A stretch of DNA of 64,000 nt from an uncultured Hormoscilla sp. (GTDB lineage Bacteria; Cyanobacteriota; Cyanobacteriia; Cyanobacteriales; Desertifilaceae): the NCBI GenBank assembly GCA_963921275.4, contig OZ001293.3, positions 224,001 to 288,000 on the forward strand, written 5' to 3'. Below are positions 31,904 through 46,655 of this stretch, piece after piece; position 1 is the stretch's first letter; every line of letters starts with the position of its first letter. The notes beneath the pieces were generated by a model. The model made no database searches. It worked only from the letters and a program-made list of their open reading frames with translations, and was not told the DNA's origin. A program made the position numbers and the translations under genes.

Positions 31904-33396
31904 TCAAAAATAAAAATAGATATAGGGTAAACCGCCTTGGGGGGCAAGATGCCAAACAGTATAGAGACAAATGGGGACCAATAGCAGCTTGAGAGGCCAG
32001 TTAAGTTGCAACTCGAGCAGTCGGTGTAAAACAAATAAGCAGAACATGCCGAGGAAGAGGAGTCCCAGTAACAAAGCGAATTGTAAGCGATCGAGCCCCA
32101 TACTGTCCAGATAGACTTTCTGAGCAAACTGAACATCAGCAGTATATCCCCAAAGATGTTGGAGAACCCAACCCGAGTCTGGTAAAGAAGGCAAGCGGAA
32201 AAAGATCCAGGCAGTAAACACCATAGCTTGAGTGAGTGCCCAAGCCAATATTACCCCAGGAAAGCTGTGCCAGAGAGAGTTCGGTCCGGAGATCGCTTCT
32301 GTAATCCGATGCACTACCAAAGCCATACCGTGAAGTAGGCCCCAGACAATAAAGCCCCAAGCTGCGCCGTGCCAAATGCCCGCGATCGCCATGACGATCA
32401 GTAAATTGAGGCAAGTAGAGGCCAAACCGCGCCGGGAACCGCCGAGAGGGAAATAGAGATAGTTGCGCAACCAATCCCCCAAACTCATGTGCCAGCGCCG
32501 CCAGAAATCCGCAATACTGGTACTAAAGTAAGGATAGTCAAAATTTGCGGGCAAATGTAAGCCGAACAAGATGGCACTACCCCGGACAATATCTACATAG
32601 CCACTAAAATCCAGATATAGTTGCAAGCCATAGGCCAAGGTAGCCAACCAGAGGTCGCCGCTACCAGCCCGGACCAGATTATCAAAGCATAAAGTGACGA
32701 AAATTACTAGTCGATCGGCTACAAGAACTTTTTTGGCCGCCCCAAAGGCGATCGACCACAAAGCTTCGGCCACCAACTGAGCATTAGGAAAGCGCAAACT
32801 TGCCCATTAACTAGCGAACTGATGATAGGGAGTAATGGGCCAGAAATGAGTTTAAGAAAGAATAGCTTATAGGCAGCAAAGGGGAGAAACCCCTGAGCTG
32901 CCGGGGCCCCCCGATAGACATCAATTAGGTAAGCAATGGACTCAAAGCTAAAGAAACTCAGACCCAAAGGTGCGATCGGATGATCGGCGATCCAGTTTAC
33001 CATTTTTTGGGGAATGGGCGAATCTAGTAGGGGTTGAAGTGATGAGAACAGAAAGGGTAAATATTTGAAGCCCAGCAGTAGCAGCACATTCAATATAATC
33101 CCCAAGATCAGGAGTACCCAGTCCCAGTCTAACTTAGTAAAGGCTGCATTCTTTGACTCCGAAGCAGCACTCTCCCCCGATCCACGATACCCCATCAATC
33201 GTCCTAAGCCAAAATTTATGAATGCGATCGCCAGCAGCAAGGGAACATACTGTACTTGCCAAAAGGCGTAAAAGGCCAAACTAGCAATTAGGACGATCCA
33301 GAGTCGCCAGTTTGGGCGCGGCACAGACCAGTAAATTCCGCCAGCAAGCAGCAAGAACATGCCATAGGCGATCGAAGTCAAGCTCATAATCAGCAA
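31904..33396 (-). pseudogene. MBOAT family O-acyltransferase (AlgI/DltB-like), frameshifted near 32800
   Basis: PLGLSFFSF..ISGP in one frame; DFSGY, FWRRWHMSL, GIWHGA in another. Confidence 0.85.
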
Positions 33397-33728
33397 TTCA
33401 AAATTCTCTCATTCAAAATTATTGCATTGGGAAAAGCATCCTCCCCGGTTGGGGTTCGTGCCGAAATCCAACGGTCGGTTGCTGCTATGAGACCCCGCGC
33501 AGGCGGTTGCCAAGCTGTGCAGCCATGCGACAATTGCTTTGTTCATGTAGCCCCACCCTTTAGGGTGGGTGCGGCTACGATGTCCTCCAAGCATCGAAGC
33601 TTTCTCCAGACATCAAGTTCCCAGGAGGCGTCGAGTTTCCCCGAGACATCAAGCTGGACCGGGAACATCGAGCGTGCTTTAGACATCGAAGCCAAAGCGC
33701 CCCTTAATGATAGATATACTCGATCGTG

Positions 33729-33853
33729 GAATAACTGAGTTATTCCTTGGGGTAACTCAGTTATTCCAAGGAATAAATGCTCAGTTCCTGAAGTAACTAT
33801 TTACTTCCTCGAGTAACTGAGTCATTCCCTGGAGCAACTGGGTCATTCCCTGG
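33729..33853. repeat. Degenerate 21-bp tandem repeat (~6 copies)
   Basis: GTAACTGAGTCATTCCCTGGA-like units. Confidence 0.6.
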
Positions 33854-33974
33854 CGGTACAATGCTTTGCTTTGACGTGAAACAATGTTACCAAGGGCGAT
33901 ACGAGTCTCAGGCCGGAACAAGTCCCTCCAAGGCCGGAGTCAAAGTCTCTGCCTTCGCTCTTATCCCAGTCGGC

Positions 33975-34305
33975 AAGCGATCGTGGTGTCCTCCGAAAAA
34001 ATATGCAGCAACTAATCCGACTGTCATCACTTCGGCATTGTTCATTTTTACTTGTGGATCTTCTTTTATATTTAACGCTTTTAGTAGCTCGTCACAAAGA
34101 ACAAAAATTGTTGTAATCATATCTTCCATCATCTACATCCCCCAGCAATTAACTATTATTTTAGTACATTATAACCTATAAACAGCCAACCCGCCGTCTA
34201 GCACAAAAAAAATATAATTTTGTATCAAAAGCTACGAAATATCCCAAATATCTGTAAAGTCTAAGTGGGTAATTCATATTTTTTTTAATAGGTCGCAACT
34301 TAGGT
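33975..34305 (-). mobile_element. IS982-family remnant (left end plus transposase N-terminus)
   Basis: ITTIFVLCDELLK..KMNNAEVMTV; end ACCTAAGTTGCGACCT. Confidence 0.6.
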
Positions 34306-34389
34306 TAGTAATAGCTCCTTCATTCTCTTGTCATCAGAGATAATTCTTCAATTCACAATTTTTCATTCACAATTTTCCATTCACAATTT

Positions 34390-36880
34390 TCAATTCTCCT
34401 TAAGTACATGCCAAGGAATCATCGGGTCATTGGCCAGATGTTCGGAGACAGCAGCAGCGCCATAACGGTTGAGATGACTGGGGTCAGAGAAATATTTATA
34501 TTGACCGCCATCCCACAAGAGAGTTAGATCTCGGAAGATAAATTCTCTGGGCGCAGTCAGACTCTCCATATGCTGGCGAAATTTTTGCTCGTATTTTCTG
34601 CGCACGGGATCTAAATATTCGGCGGTGAGGGGCAGGTTGACGAAAACAACCGGAATATTGTTAACCTTAGTTAACTTTAGCAGAGAATTGAGAGCTTCCC
34701 CTTGGGTGCTGCCTAGATCGAAAGCTTGATAGTCCTGGTCGTATTGGCCAGGGACTCGGGGATGCTTCTGATAGTAACTATCGGGATCGAAGCGCCAGTC
34801 AAAGAGGAGAAAGCCATCTGGCTCTAAAACCCCTGGAATAGTTAATAGTTCAGGTGCTTCTGGGTCTTTTAAGATATCCCGATCGCCCCCTTTTTCCAGC
34901 ATACTAGAAGGTAGGATCTGCTGAAGCTGTTCGCCCAGAAGCAATTTCAGCCGATCGCGTTGAGGATAGAGGGCCGAGGCAGAACCCAGCATCCGATCGA
35001 ACCAGCGATCAATATCTTTGGGGTAGTGCGAGTAGCGCGTCCCCCAGAGGGGGATATCGAAAACATCTTGATAAGGATTTATCAAAGTCATAATAGTTTC
35101 TTCCGAGTCAGCATAAGTAGGGCGGACCAGAGTTCCAGCTACCAGTTGAGAGTAACCCACGGAAGAAGTAATTACTTTATAGGTCATATCTTTCCGACCG
35201 CTATTAAAAGCCCGGGTGCCATCAGCCCAGAGAATTAACTTAGGCAACTGTTCAGTAGTTAAAATCCGGCGGACGATTAAGTCTACCACTTGGGCCGTAG
35301 CACCATTGACACCAAAATTATAAATACTCACATTTTCATAGCCTTGAGACCTGAGAACTTGGCGGAGCGCCTGTGGATCTATACCCCGCAGCCCCCGGGA
35401 ACTCCCCACAATCAGGACATCAGGGGGACCTGATGCCATTAATAACTGATGATATCGTCCCAGATGTTCGTCTAGCAGCGGGTTGATAAAACTGGGGTAA
35501 GGTGAGACAATCTGAGAGGATACTAAGACGGCCTGACCCTCTTCTTCTTGACCAATTACCGCAGCTGGAAGCAGGATATTCCCCAGTACCAAATCAATTT
35601 GTAAAGTCAGCAGCAATCCCAAAGCCATCCAAACTATTGTACTTAAAAATTCGCTAATTACAATAAACAGTTGCGATCGCCTTTCTCTGGGCACGACCGT
35701 TGCCCTGGACAACTCCATTCTGGGAACAAACAAGCCCGATCGGATCAGAGATTGCTTGATTACCAGCACTAGCTTACCAGAAATGCGGTCTGAAGCCAGG
35801 GACAAATCCAAACTATCCGAGAGCAGCTCTTCTTCTACCTCCGGTGACTCCGGAATCAACTTAGAAGTAGGAGCTGGTGGCACTGGTTGGCGGCGGATAA
35901 AATCAAGGCCATAGTTCCAAGTAGGATACCTTTGACCAGACATGCGCCCATAAACCCTGACCCCAGCAATTTGCGGGATTTTCTGCATGGATGCCTTGAG
36001 GGCGCAAAGATGTCAACAGATCGGCAATCTTGTAGCTGACCAATTTTTGGTCAGGCGTTGTGGGGGCCTGACCGAACAGGTGCAGAGTTGATTCCTTACC
36101 AATCCCAGAAACTGTGACTCCTGAGGACGCTAAACTTGAATTCAGCAGTCGCGCGATCGCGGGCACATCCCCCCATCGTCCCCATGCTCGCAGCATGACT
36201 TCCGAAGGAGTCAGATCCACAATCAGGGTCCAGTTTGCGGTCGCCTCACCCCTAACCAAACTTCTGACGATCGCATCTTGAAAACCCCTTAAATTTAAGT
36301 CTCGCAACTGCCGGGCAATAGTCAGTCCCAGCAAAGACGAGTCCAGACTGTAACTAGAAAAGCAAGAGATATACAGACGCCAGTAAGACCCCGAAGTCTT
36401 GCCAATAGCCTTGCTCTGCACCTTTACCCCCACCCCTAAAGGACTGAAGGTTTCGCTCAAATAACGAGCGATCGCCTGCAGATCTCCCTGGCTGGCCAAA
36501 GTCCAGCTCCATATCAGGGCCCCCTTATCCCTTAGCGATAAATCTGCGGTTTCCCGGTCTAACTGGTCCAGGGCGATCGTCTCCGTCCATTTTGGGTAGC
36601 GCAGACCAACTTGACGACCGTAGACCCGCACCTTGTAGACCGGAGCTTGGTAGGCACTATCCAACCACGTCTCCAGATTAGTCGCGATCTCCGACTTGAG
36701 AGCAGGTAATATCGCCTCTGGATCGGGACAGATAGACGCCTCGCACAGAATATGTAAATCATTCCCCCGCCGACGCACTCTTACTCGTCCCCCCCTCAGG
36801 CCGATCATCTCAGATATCCAAGCTTGTAAGTCCAACCGACTGCCACAGGGACCCTTCTTGATTTTTAACACCATTGTCAA
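34390..36880 (-). pseudogene. Large cyanobacterial protein with SGNH-like (DUF1574-like) C-terminal domain, split by a frameshift near 35990
   Basis: ORFs 35903..36880 and 34390..35988 are continuous in content; VGSSRG, NFGVNGAT, FSDPSHLN. Confidence 0.65.
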
Positions 36881-36976
36881 TTGTCAGTTGTCAGCGAGTT
36901 GACATAAGCCAAAGCCCACCGGTACGATCGTGATTAAATCTAAATCCACAGTGTCATATCAAGATCTCAGACAATC

Positions 36977-37270
36977 ATGCCAGAGCCATCAAGAACCATA
37001 GCCCAAACCCAGCCATTTACTGCCTCATCCAGCCTAGTTGCGTCCGAAATCTTATTAAGTCTCGCCCTACCGACCGTGCTTTTCAGCTTAGCCTGCGCCC
37101 GTACCCTTGAGGAAACGATCAGAAGTCTCGGCCTCGCCAGCGAAGAAATTTTCCGGGGCGTGAGCCTGCCCCTACTCACCGGCGGACAGCCTGGGAAGGA
37201 AAAACCCAGCAAAAAGTTAACAGCGAACAGACAGGAGTCGCCAACCCACTCTCTGCCCAGATCCCAATAG
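36977..37270 (+). CDS. Small conserved cyanobacterial hypothetical protein
   Basis: ILLSLA..SLGLASEEIFRG..LPLL motif. Confidence 0.55.
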   Translation: MPEPSRTIAQTQPFTASSSLVASEILLSLALPTVLFSLACARTLEETIRSLGLASEEIFRGVSLPLLTGGQPGKEKPSKKLTANRQESPTHSLPRSQ

Positions 37271-37620
37271 GATCGGTAGAGGGATATTTTTAGCCAATCG
37301 CTGCCCAAAAGAAAATTATCCCATATAATCATAGATAATTGTACACTACAGAATTCCGACCTCTCCCACTCCGACTTCCGCACTGCGATCATCAAAACTC
37401 CACCGCGCTTCGTGAGGGAAAAATTACCAAACTGTCAGGACAGGAGGTAAAATATTAGCGTAAAAACTGGCAAAAGTTAAGAAAAGACCCGCAAAGCAAT
37501 TGAGAAATGGAAAAAAAGATGAAATTCGGGGCAGAACAGAAGCAGGGGAACTATGAAAAAGATTGAACAGAAGTATAGGTAATCAGATGAATATAATAGT
37601 AGGAGCAGGAAAAAAAACTT

Positions 37621-40600
37621 ATGAATTCAGCAGTCTATAATCAAGAGATTAGCACCGGCATGGAGAAAGTAGCAGCCATCAAGGACAGCGTCGCAGCTAG
37701 AGAATCGGAAGAAATGACAGGGAATTGGAAATCAGAGGTATTGCTGCGCCATCGCCTGAAAGTGGTGGAAAAATTGTGGGAGTCAGTGTTAGAGCAAGAG
37801 TGCGGTCAAAAATTGGTAAACTTGCTGGCATCAATGCGTACCATGAGTTCTCCGGAAGGACAGGCACCGACAAATTTATTCAAGGACGAGGGAAAAATAG
37901 ACTCCCAAGAGCAACATCTGATAGAAAATCTTGACTTCAACGCCGCCATCCGGGCGACGCGAAGTTTTGCCCTTTACTTCCAATTGATAAATATAGTAGA
38001 ACAGCATTACACCCAGCGAGGGCAAGAGCAACAGTATCAGGCAGAAATTGTCAAGGAACTATATAATGAAATAAACTCAGGTAATAGCAGCAAGAAAACC
38101 GGGACAACATCCGAAGGAGAAAAAGCAGGCACGAGTACCTTCGAGGCAAAGCCACTGGAAAAGAGCATATCAGATTCAGTTAGGATGAATTCGATGCACT
38201 CGGGTGAAGAGTCCCTGGGGCGCGCTAAAAGCACTACCCCCGAAACACCTCGCGCTAAAAGCACTACCCCGAATGCATCGAGGCGAGATTTACGCAATTT
38301 TCAGGCACTGTTGCCGAAATTGCAGGAGTTGAACGTGCCACCGGGTAAGATCCAGAATTTGATTGACACATTGGATATCCGGTTAGTATTCACAGCACAT
38401 CCGACAGAAATAGTCCGCCACACGATCCGGGATAAGCAGCGCCGGATCGCGAAAATTTTACAACGCTTGGATGAGTTAGAAGAAGAGACGATCGATCGAT
38501 GTCCCCCGGGTAGTGCATTTAGCGCTCCCGGGGAACAGCGAAGCCCAGATGGCCAGATAGCGGTAATGACATCGGGGAAGACTTGGGAAGCAAAAGAGCT
38601 AGTGGCACAGCTGACAGAAGAAATTCGCTTGTGGTGGCGCACAGATGAGTTACATCAGTTCAAGCCGACAGTCCTAGATGAAGTAGACTATACCCTGCAT
38701 TACTTCCAGGAAGTGCTATTTGACGTGATTCCCCAGCTATATCAAAGGTTTAAGTTGGCATTAGCGGAGACATTTCCTTACCTGGAACCCCCCAAGTATA
38801 ACTTCTGCAAATTTGGATCCTGGGTGGGGTCAGACAGAGATGGCAACCCGTCGGTGACCCCAGAAGTAACCTGGCAAACAGCATCCTATCAGCGGGAGCT
38901 AGTGCTGGACAAATATATTCAGTCCTTGCGGCAATTGATTAACATATTGAGTCTGTCCCAGCATTGGAGCGATGTGTTACCAGAACTGTTGGAGTCCTTG
39001 GAACAAGACCATCAGCGCTTGCCAGAGGTATACGAGCAACTGGCGATTCGCTATCGGCAAGAACCCTATCGCTTAAAGCTCTCTTATATCCTCAAGCGAT
39101 TGGAAAATACCCAAAAACGCAATAGGCAGAAACAGACTCGAACTAGCAGCTTGGGAAAACACACTATCGCGTCACAACCGCCGTCGGAAAAATCAGCTAG
39201 GGAAGAAATCTATAAAAATGCACAAGAGTTTCTAGCGGAGTTGCAGCTGATTGCCCGATCGCTGGGTGAGACAAAATTGAATTGTCGCCAGCTAGAGAAC
39301 CTGATCTGCCAGGTGGAAATACATGGATTCAACTTAGCCCACCTGGATATTCGTCAGGAGAGTTCGCGCCACAGTGCGACTCTGAACGAGGTAGCAGAAT
39401 ACATACAAGCTTTGCCCCGTCCCTACGAGGAACTCTCAGAACAGGAACGAGTGAATTGGTTGGTGAAGGAACTGCAAACCCTCCGACCATTAATCCCCGC
39501 CGAACTGCCTTTCTCAGAAAAAACTAGCGAAACGATAGAAACGGTGCGGATGCTGCGGCAATTGCAAAAGGAGTTTGGCAAGGAAATCTGCCAAACCTAC
39601 ATCATCAGCATGAGCAATGATGTGAGTGACATCCTGGAGGTGTTACTATTAGCGAAGGAAGCAGGCTTGTATGACCCAGCCACAGGCATCAGCAGCATCC
39701 AAGTGGTGCCCCTATTTGAAACGGTGGAAGATTTAAAGAATGCACCAGTAATCATGAGAGATCTGTTCAATCTGCCCTTCTATCTGGCGGCGATCGCAGG
39801 AGGCTATTCAGCATTAAAAGGGGAAAACTCCGTTGTGGTGCAAGAGGTGATGTTGGGCTATTCGGACAGTAATAAGGATTCCGGCTTCTTAAGCAGCAAC
39901 TGGGAAATCCATAAGGCCCAGAAAGCCCTGCAAGATGTGGCAGACGAGTACGGGGTAGCCTTACGGATATTTCACGGGCGCGGCGGTTCTGTAGGTCGGG
40001 GGGGCGGGCCAGCCTACGAGGCAATTCTAGCTCAACCGGGTCGCAGCATCTCGGGGCGGATTAAAATCACGGAACAGGGGGAAGTGTTAGCCTCAAAATA
40101 CTCCTTGCCCCAGTTGGCATTATACAACCTGGAAAATATTGCCTCGGCGGTGGTGCAAGCTAGCTTGCTGGGGAGTGGGTTCGATGATATTGGACCCTGG
40201 AACGAAATTATGGAAGAATTGGCCACAAAGGCCCGATCGCATTACCGGGCCTTGATCTACGAAGAGCCAGATTTTATCGACTTCTTCCATCACATCACGC
40301 CAATTCAAGAAATCAGCCAACTGCAAATCTCATCTCGTCCCGCCCGTCGTAGTGGGGGCGCGAAGAAGGGTTTATCGAGTCTGCGGGCGATCCCCTGGGT
40401 GTTTAGCTGGACTCAAGCCCGCTATCTGCTGCCCAGTTGGTATGGTGTGGGCACGGCCTTGCAAGACTTTTTGCAACAGTCTCCAGAGGGACATTTGAAG
40501 TTACTCAGCTGTTTCTATGATAAATGGCCATTTTTCAAAATGGCGATCTCTAAAGTGGAGATGACCTTGGCAAAGGTGGACATGCAAATTGCTGCATATT

Positions 40601-40938
40601 ACCTGCGGGAATTATCCCCACCAGCAGATTTGCCTCGCTTTGAACGGTTGTTTGAACAAATATTAGGGGAATATCATCTCACCCGAGATTTGGTGTTGAA
40701 AATTACAGGTCACGAACGGCTGTTGGATGGAGACCCCGGACTCCAGCGATCGGTGCAGTTGCGGAATGGGACGATCGTGCCCCTAGGATTATTGCAGGTT
40801 TCCCTGCTGAAGCGCCTGCGCCAGCATCAAAATACCGCCAGCAAGGGAGTGATTTCCCGTTATAGCAAGTCGGAGTTGCTGCGGGGGGCCTTGTTGACTA
40901 TTAATGGCATCGCCGCAGGGATGCGGAATACCGGTTGA
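37621..40938 (+). CDS. ppc: Phosphoenolpyruvate carboxylase
   Basis: [50 protein letters not shown]. Confidence 0.97.
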   Translation: MNSAVYNQEISTGMEKVAAIKDSVAARESEEMTGNWKSEVLLRHRLKVVEKLWESVLEQECGQKLVNLLASMRTMSSPEGQAPTNLFKDEGKIDSQEQHLIENLDFNAAIRATRSFALYFQLINIVEQHYTQRGQEQQYQAEIVKELYNEINSGNSSKKTGTTSEGEKAGTSTFEAKPLEKSISDSVRMNSMHSGEESLGRAKSTTPETPRAKSTTPNASRRDLRNFQALLPKLQELNVPPGKIQNLIDTLDIRLVFTAHPTEIVRHTIRDKQRRIAKILQRLDELEEETIDRCPPGSAFSAPGEQRSPDGQIAVMTSGKTWEAKELVAQLTEEIRLWWRTDELHQFKPTVLDEVDYTLHYFQEVLFDVIPQLYQRFKLALAETFPYLEPPKYNFCKFGSWVGSDRDGNPSVTPEVTWQTASYQRELVLDKYIQSLRQLINILSLSQHWSDVLPELLESLEQDHQRLPEVYEQLAIRYRQEPYRLKLSYILKRLENTQKRNRQKQTRTSSLGKHTIASQPPSEKSAREEIYKNAQEFLAELQLIARSLGETKLNCRQLENLICQVEIHGFNLAHLDIRQESSRHSATLNEVAEYIQALPRPYEELSEQERVNWLVKELQTLRPLIPAELPFSEKTSETIETVRMLRQLQKEFGKEICQTYIISMSNDVSDILEVLLLAKEAGLYDPATGISSIQVVPLFETVEDLKNAPVIMRDLFNLPFYLAAIAGGYSALKGENSVVVQEVMLGYSDSNKDSGFLSSNWEIHKAQKALQDVADEYGVALRIFHGRGGSVGRGGGPAYEAILAQPGRSISGRIKITEQGEVLASKYSLPQLALYNLENIASAVVQASLLGSGFDDIGPWNEIMEELATKARSHYRALIYEEPDFIDFFHHITPIQEISQLQISSRPARRSGGAKKGLSSLRAIPWVFSWTQARYLLPSWYGVGTALQDFLQQSPEGHLKLLSCFYDKWPFFKMAISKVEMTLAKVDMQIAAYYLRELSPPADLPRFERLFEQILGEYHLTRDLVLKITGHERLLDGDPGLQRSVQLRNGTIVPLGLLQVSLLKRLRQHQNTASKGVISRYSKSELLRGALLTINGIAAGMRNTG

Positions 40939-41138
40939 CGCGATCTATTGCTGGGTTCATTGTTTATAGCTATAGTTATGAACAATGAACCATTAACCAT
41001 CGGAACGGCACCCTGTAGAGAAGCTGCGACGTGGCCGGTAGGTGGCGAAGCTCTATATCCGTTGCCCTCACCTAACCGGTACAGACCAGCAGATGAAAAC
41101 GCCCTATTATATTAAATCAGTCCATGAACTTAAATCTC

Positions 41139-42474
<1,336 letters not shown>

Positions 42475-42779
42475 GAGTGTGGGGCAAACTGCCAAAATCC
42501 AGTTGCAGCCAGCCCAGAATGCTGCGGGATATCCCCTGTTGCCCGATGAAAACTCGAAAGTAAGTGCGGAAGATTTCCAGGTGTTGTCAACTTCTGTAGA
42601 CATAGACCTGGATTCACTGCCGATCGTGAAAAAAGTGCTGGAAACAGGAGAACCACTCAGGGGTGTAGAGTGCGAATACGATGTCTCTCGGGTAGTGCGG
42701 TTAGCGCTCTCGGGAGACATCGAGCGACCGAGGGACACAGCCCGCCCAGGGTTTCAGGCGCTAAAATCATTACTTGTGA

Positions 42780-43058
42780 CTCACTACCGAAAAACTGACC
42801 TTCCGACGTTCTTCTCCGAAGAATCCGGGAATTTTTGATATTTTGACCCGCAGCATGGTGATTTCCAGCGTCCGGAAATTAGCGTCAATCAGGCAAGAGA
42901 TCGATCTGCTGCTGGAACCGCCAGTCACGCAATTCGGCAGGACGCAGTTTGACGCGATGGATAAAATGATGCAAATAGGGTATGACTATGCGTATCCTTT
43001 GTTAAAGGAGTTTAAAGAGAACGATCTATGCGATGAGCGGCTCATACATTTATTCTGA
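42780..43058 (+). pseudogene. Patatin-like phospholipase C-terminal fragment
   Basis: ILTRSMVISS..DLLLEPPVTQFG..FD....IGYDYA. Confidence 0.55.
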
Positions 43059-43199
43059 AATCCATAAAGTTTGGCGCGTGTCTCTTTACTTTCGTCCCAG
43101 CAGCATTATTTCATAAATGTATGTCGGAATTTCAATTCCGACGTCCTGAACTTTGCTCGTTCCCACGCTCAGCGTGGGAACGAGCAAACCGAGTGACGT

Positions 43200-43620
43200 G
43201 ATGATGCTAGAGGATATTAGCATCGAAACAGGTCTGTTGAACCATCCCAATGGAGCCATGGGATATCGCATTACCTGGGGCGGACACTCAGTTGTTTACT
43301 GCACTGATACAGAACATTACTTCGATCGCCTGGATGAAGATGTGCTACACCTGGCCCGTAACGCCGATGTCTTGATTTATGATGCCATGTACACGGATGA
43401 GGAATATCATAACCCCAAAGCTCCCAAGGTGGGATGGGGGCATTCCACTTGGCAGGAAGGGGTGAAAGTGGCCAAGGCGGCGGGGGTGAAGGAACTGGTG
43501 ATTTTCCATCACGAACCCAACCATAATGATGATATCCTCGATCGGATCGCTGCACAAGTCAAAGTGGCTTTTCCCCATGCTGTACTTGCCCGAGAAGGGA
43601 TGATTCTGCCAGTAAATTGA
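43200..43620 (+). pseudogene. MBL-fold metallo-hydrolase C-terminal fragment
   Basis: LNHPNGAMGYR, YCTDTEH, YDAMYT, GWGHS, FHHEP; N-terminal HxHxDH missing. Confidence 0.75.
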
Positions 43621-43746
43621 GAATTGTAAATTGAGAATTGTAAATTGAGAATTATTTATACTCCCAAAGGGATCGACTTGCGCTTAAAGGCAATTGAATG
43701 ACATTACTGCCCTCTTAACCGCAGTTTATGACCGTTTGGAGTATAT

Positions 43747-45985
43747 GTGCGATTCGTTTAGTGTAAACCACCGGCGATCCTGCTGGCGGGGGACCACTAG
43801 CAGGGTTTCATTAGCCCTGACAACTTACAGATGATGGTGGTGAAAGTCCACCCCTCCAGGTGCAGGAGTGACAGCACTTCCCCTACGGTAGAGATGGCAT
43901 CAATCCGTGAAGCGGGGATGAAAGGCGCTCTAACTGGCAGCCTACACCGGTTATCGCCGAGCAAGTAGCCATGATGAGCATAAAGCGAAGGTTTGCAGCG
44001 TCGTGACGAACAACCAGTGAAATAAGGCTGACACACTGGCCCAAAAGGGAAAGGATAATGGTCACTGGCGGATATATTCCTGACCAGTAAGCACTGACAA
44101 TAAACCCGGCGTAAGGAACCCATCTAAAGTTACAAATAATCATCGGTAGGAACGAAGTAAACCAGGTATACACTCTCTACCACCGGTCGATAGGTAAAGT
44201 AGCCACCAAAGGCGTAACCTCTGTTTTCATCAGACAGGTCATACCTGGGAAAGATTTCGTGGAGAAGCAAACGCCTGCCCGTAATGAGCAGGATACGCTG
44301 ACGCCCTCACGGTAATGTCAAATGTCAAGCGGTGAGTAGCAAATGATACGTCATAGGCACGGCACTGAGCCGATGAATGAATGGAAGGATATCCCCTGGC
44401 GAAAGCTAGAGCGGGTAGTCTTTAAGCTGCAAAAGCGGATTTACAGAGCGGCACAACGTGGCGATAAGCGAATGGTTCGCAGACTCCAGAGGTTATTGGC
44501 AAGCTCCCAGGCCGCAAAAAAGCTAGCGGTACGTCAGGTAACACAAGATAACCAGGGAAAGAAGACCGCCGGTGTGGACGGTGTGAAAGCACTGACCCCA
44601 AAGCAACGATTGGAACTGGTAGGACAAATAGGAATCTTGGGAAGGGCAAAACCCGCACGACGGGTATGGATACCTAAACCAGGAAGAACAGAAAAACGTC
44701 CATTGGGAATACCAACGATACACGACCGCGCGACACAAGGGCTGCTGAAGATAGTACTAGAGCCCGAATGGGAAGCATACTTTGAGTGCAACTCATACGG
44801 ATTCAGGCCAGGGAGAGGATGCCACGACGCGATCGAAGCAATAATCACCAGCATCAACCAAAAACCCAAATGGGTATTAGATGCGGACATTGCGAAATGC
44901 TTCGATAGAATCAACCACAGAGCGCTAATGGAAAAACTGAATACAACATCACCAATCCGTAAACAAATACGGGCATGGCTAAAAGCCGGAGTGATAGACA
45001 AAGGATACTGGCACCCCACTGATGAGGGCACCCCCCAAGGTGGAGTGATATCGCCATTACTGGCCAACATAGCCTTACACGGGCTTGAGGAAAGGATAAT
45101 GGAAATGGCAAAAACACAAAGAGAAAAGCAAAGGTTGACAGTAGTCAGATATGCAGATGACTTTGTGGTAATGCACAACGACAAGGAAAAGGTGGAAGAA
45201 GCGCAAAAGGTTGTAGCGGAGTGGTTAAAGGGGGTTGGACTAGAGCTAAAACCAGAAAAAACCCGAATAAGTCATACGCTATACGGAGAAAAACTGGGGT
45301 TCGATTTCCTGGGAATCAACGTAAGACAATATGAGGTAAGTAAAAACAGAAGCGGGAAAAATCCACACGGTAAAGCCCTAGGTTTCAAAACCTTGACAAG
45401 GCCAAGTGACAAGTCCATAAAGAAGCATAAAGAAAGGCTGTCGGAAGTGATAGCCAGCCATAAAGCGGCACCCCAAGAAGCGCTAATAGGAAAGCTCAAC
45501 CCAATAATACGGGGATGGGCGAATTACTTCAGAACGGGGGCAAGCAAGGAGACCTACTCCGAAATGGACAACTACTTATGGAACACCCTATGGCAGTGGG
45601 CAAAAAGAAGACACCCGAACAAATCCGGGAACTGGATAGCCAAAAAGTACTGGTTGAACAACCAAGCGAAAGAATGGCGATTCGGGAACGGAGAAATCAA
45701 ACTAATGAAACACACAAGTGTGAAAATAGTAAGACATGTAAAGGTGAAAGGAAAAGCGAGCCCATACGACGGGAACCTCACATACTGGAGTACCAGACTA
45801 GGCAGAAACCCAGAAATACCTAACAGAGTGGCAAAGTTGCTCAAAAGGCAAAAGGGAAAATGCCAGCAATGCGGGCTTACATTTAAGGACGGAGACAAGT
45901 GGGAAGTTGACCATGTCAAACCTCTAACACTAGGAGGCAAAGACCAATACGACAACCTACAACTACTACACAAACATTGCCACAA
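43747..45985 (+). mobile_element. Group II intron with IEP, truncated before D5/D6
   Basis: GTGCGATTCG start; putative EBS1 ATATATT (44072-44078) complementary to 5' exon AGTATAT (43740-43746); sequence switches to ribokinase right after the HNH motif. Confidence 0.9.
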
Positions 45986-46007
45986 CCGGCAGTGCTGTTA
46001 CAGTTAG
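44343..46007 (+). CDS. ltrA: Group II intron reverse transcriptase/maturase with HNH endonuclease
   Basis: RPLGIPT, SYGFRPGR, GTPQGG, YADD, domain X NPIIRGWANYF, EVDHV..NLQLLHKHCH. Confidence 0.95.
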   Translation: MIRHRHGTEPMNEWKDIPWRKLERVVFKLQKRIYRAAQRGDKRMVRRLQRLLASSQAAKKLAVRQVTQDNQGKKTAGVDGVKALTPKQRLELVGQIGILGRAKPARRVWIPKPGRTEKRPLGIPTIHDRATQGLLKIVLEPEWEAYFECNSYGFRPGRGCHDAIEAIITSINQKPKWVLDADIAKCFDRINHRALMEKLNTTSPIRKQIRAWLKAGVIDKGYWHPTDEGTPQGGVISPLLANIALHGLEERIMEMAKTQREKQRLTVVRYADDFVVMHNDKEKVEEAQKVVAEWLKGVGLELKPEKTRISHTLYGEKLGFDFLGINVRQYEVSKNRSGKNPHGKALGFKTLTRPSDKSIKKHKERLSEVIASHKAAPQEALIGKLNPIIRGWANYFRTGASKETYSEMDNYLWNTLWQWAKRRHPNKSGNWIAKKYWLNNQAKEWRFGNGEIKLMKHTSVKIVRHVKVKGKASPYDGNLTYWSTRLGRNPEIPNRVAKLLKRQKGKCQQCGLTFKDGDKWEVDHVKPLTLGGKDQYDNLQLLHKHCHNRQCCYS

Positions 46008-46303
46008 AAATCCCCTTGCCAGCTGTAATCTCAGCCGCCCGCTCGGCCCAAAAACGTACAGTAATTCTGGACCCCGCACCAGTGCCAGAAGATCTGCCTC
46101 CTGAACTTTATCCCTTGGTTGATATTATCACACCCAATGAAGTAGAAGCAAGTCAGTTAACGGGTTTAGCCGTGGATAGTCTCCAAACAGCTGCCGCCGC
46201 TGCCGAGGTGTTGCTGGAACGGGGGGCCAAACAGGCGATCGTCACTCTGGGTGGGGGAGGAGTCTTTTGTGCCACGGGAAAGGAAAGCTTCGCCATTCCC
46301 GCC

Positions 46304-46655
46304 GGGTGCATCTCACTAAGCCAAGGGTACATCTATAATACATGTGATTTAGCCCGCTTCGATATCTCTGCTCCTTGCTCTTGTCCCAGGGGACTCGGCA
46401 CACAGGAGACATCGCAGGAAGGTTGCCACGCTGCGCTCGCGAGCGACAATTGGGCGTTGCACATTTTGGGGATGATGCCATTGTTTGCACATAACTGAAA
46501 GTGGCTTATAGTCTATGTTTAAGACTTATGCAAAGAGACCATCATCCCGTCCGAAGTGCAACGCCGACAATTGCTTTGTTCGGTGTAGCCCCACCCCTCG
46601 TTAAGAGGCTCCCGCCTGGGAACGGGTTCCGGCGACGCCAATATGAGATGCACCC
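46304..46655. mobile_element. 352-bp composite MITE with GGGTGCATCTCA ends and 9-bp TSD ATTCCCGCC
   Basis: TSD at 46295-46303 / 46656-46664. Confidence 0.88.
46453..46565. mobile_element. 113-bp MITE (GGCGTTGCAC ends, 8-bp TSD GACAATTG) nested in the previous element
   Basis: TIR and TSD visible; homologous to 60421 and 61094. Confidence 0.88.

Noticed and set aside
44343..46007. Retron, DGR or defence RT
   Set aside because: It has domain X and HNH and lies inside group II intron RNA sequence
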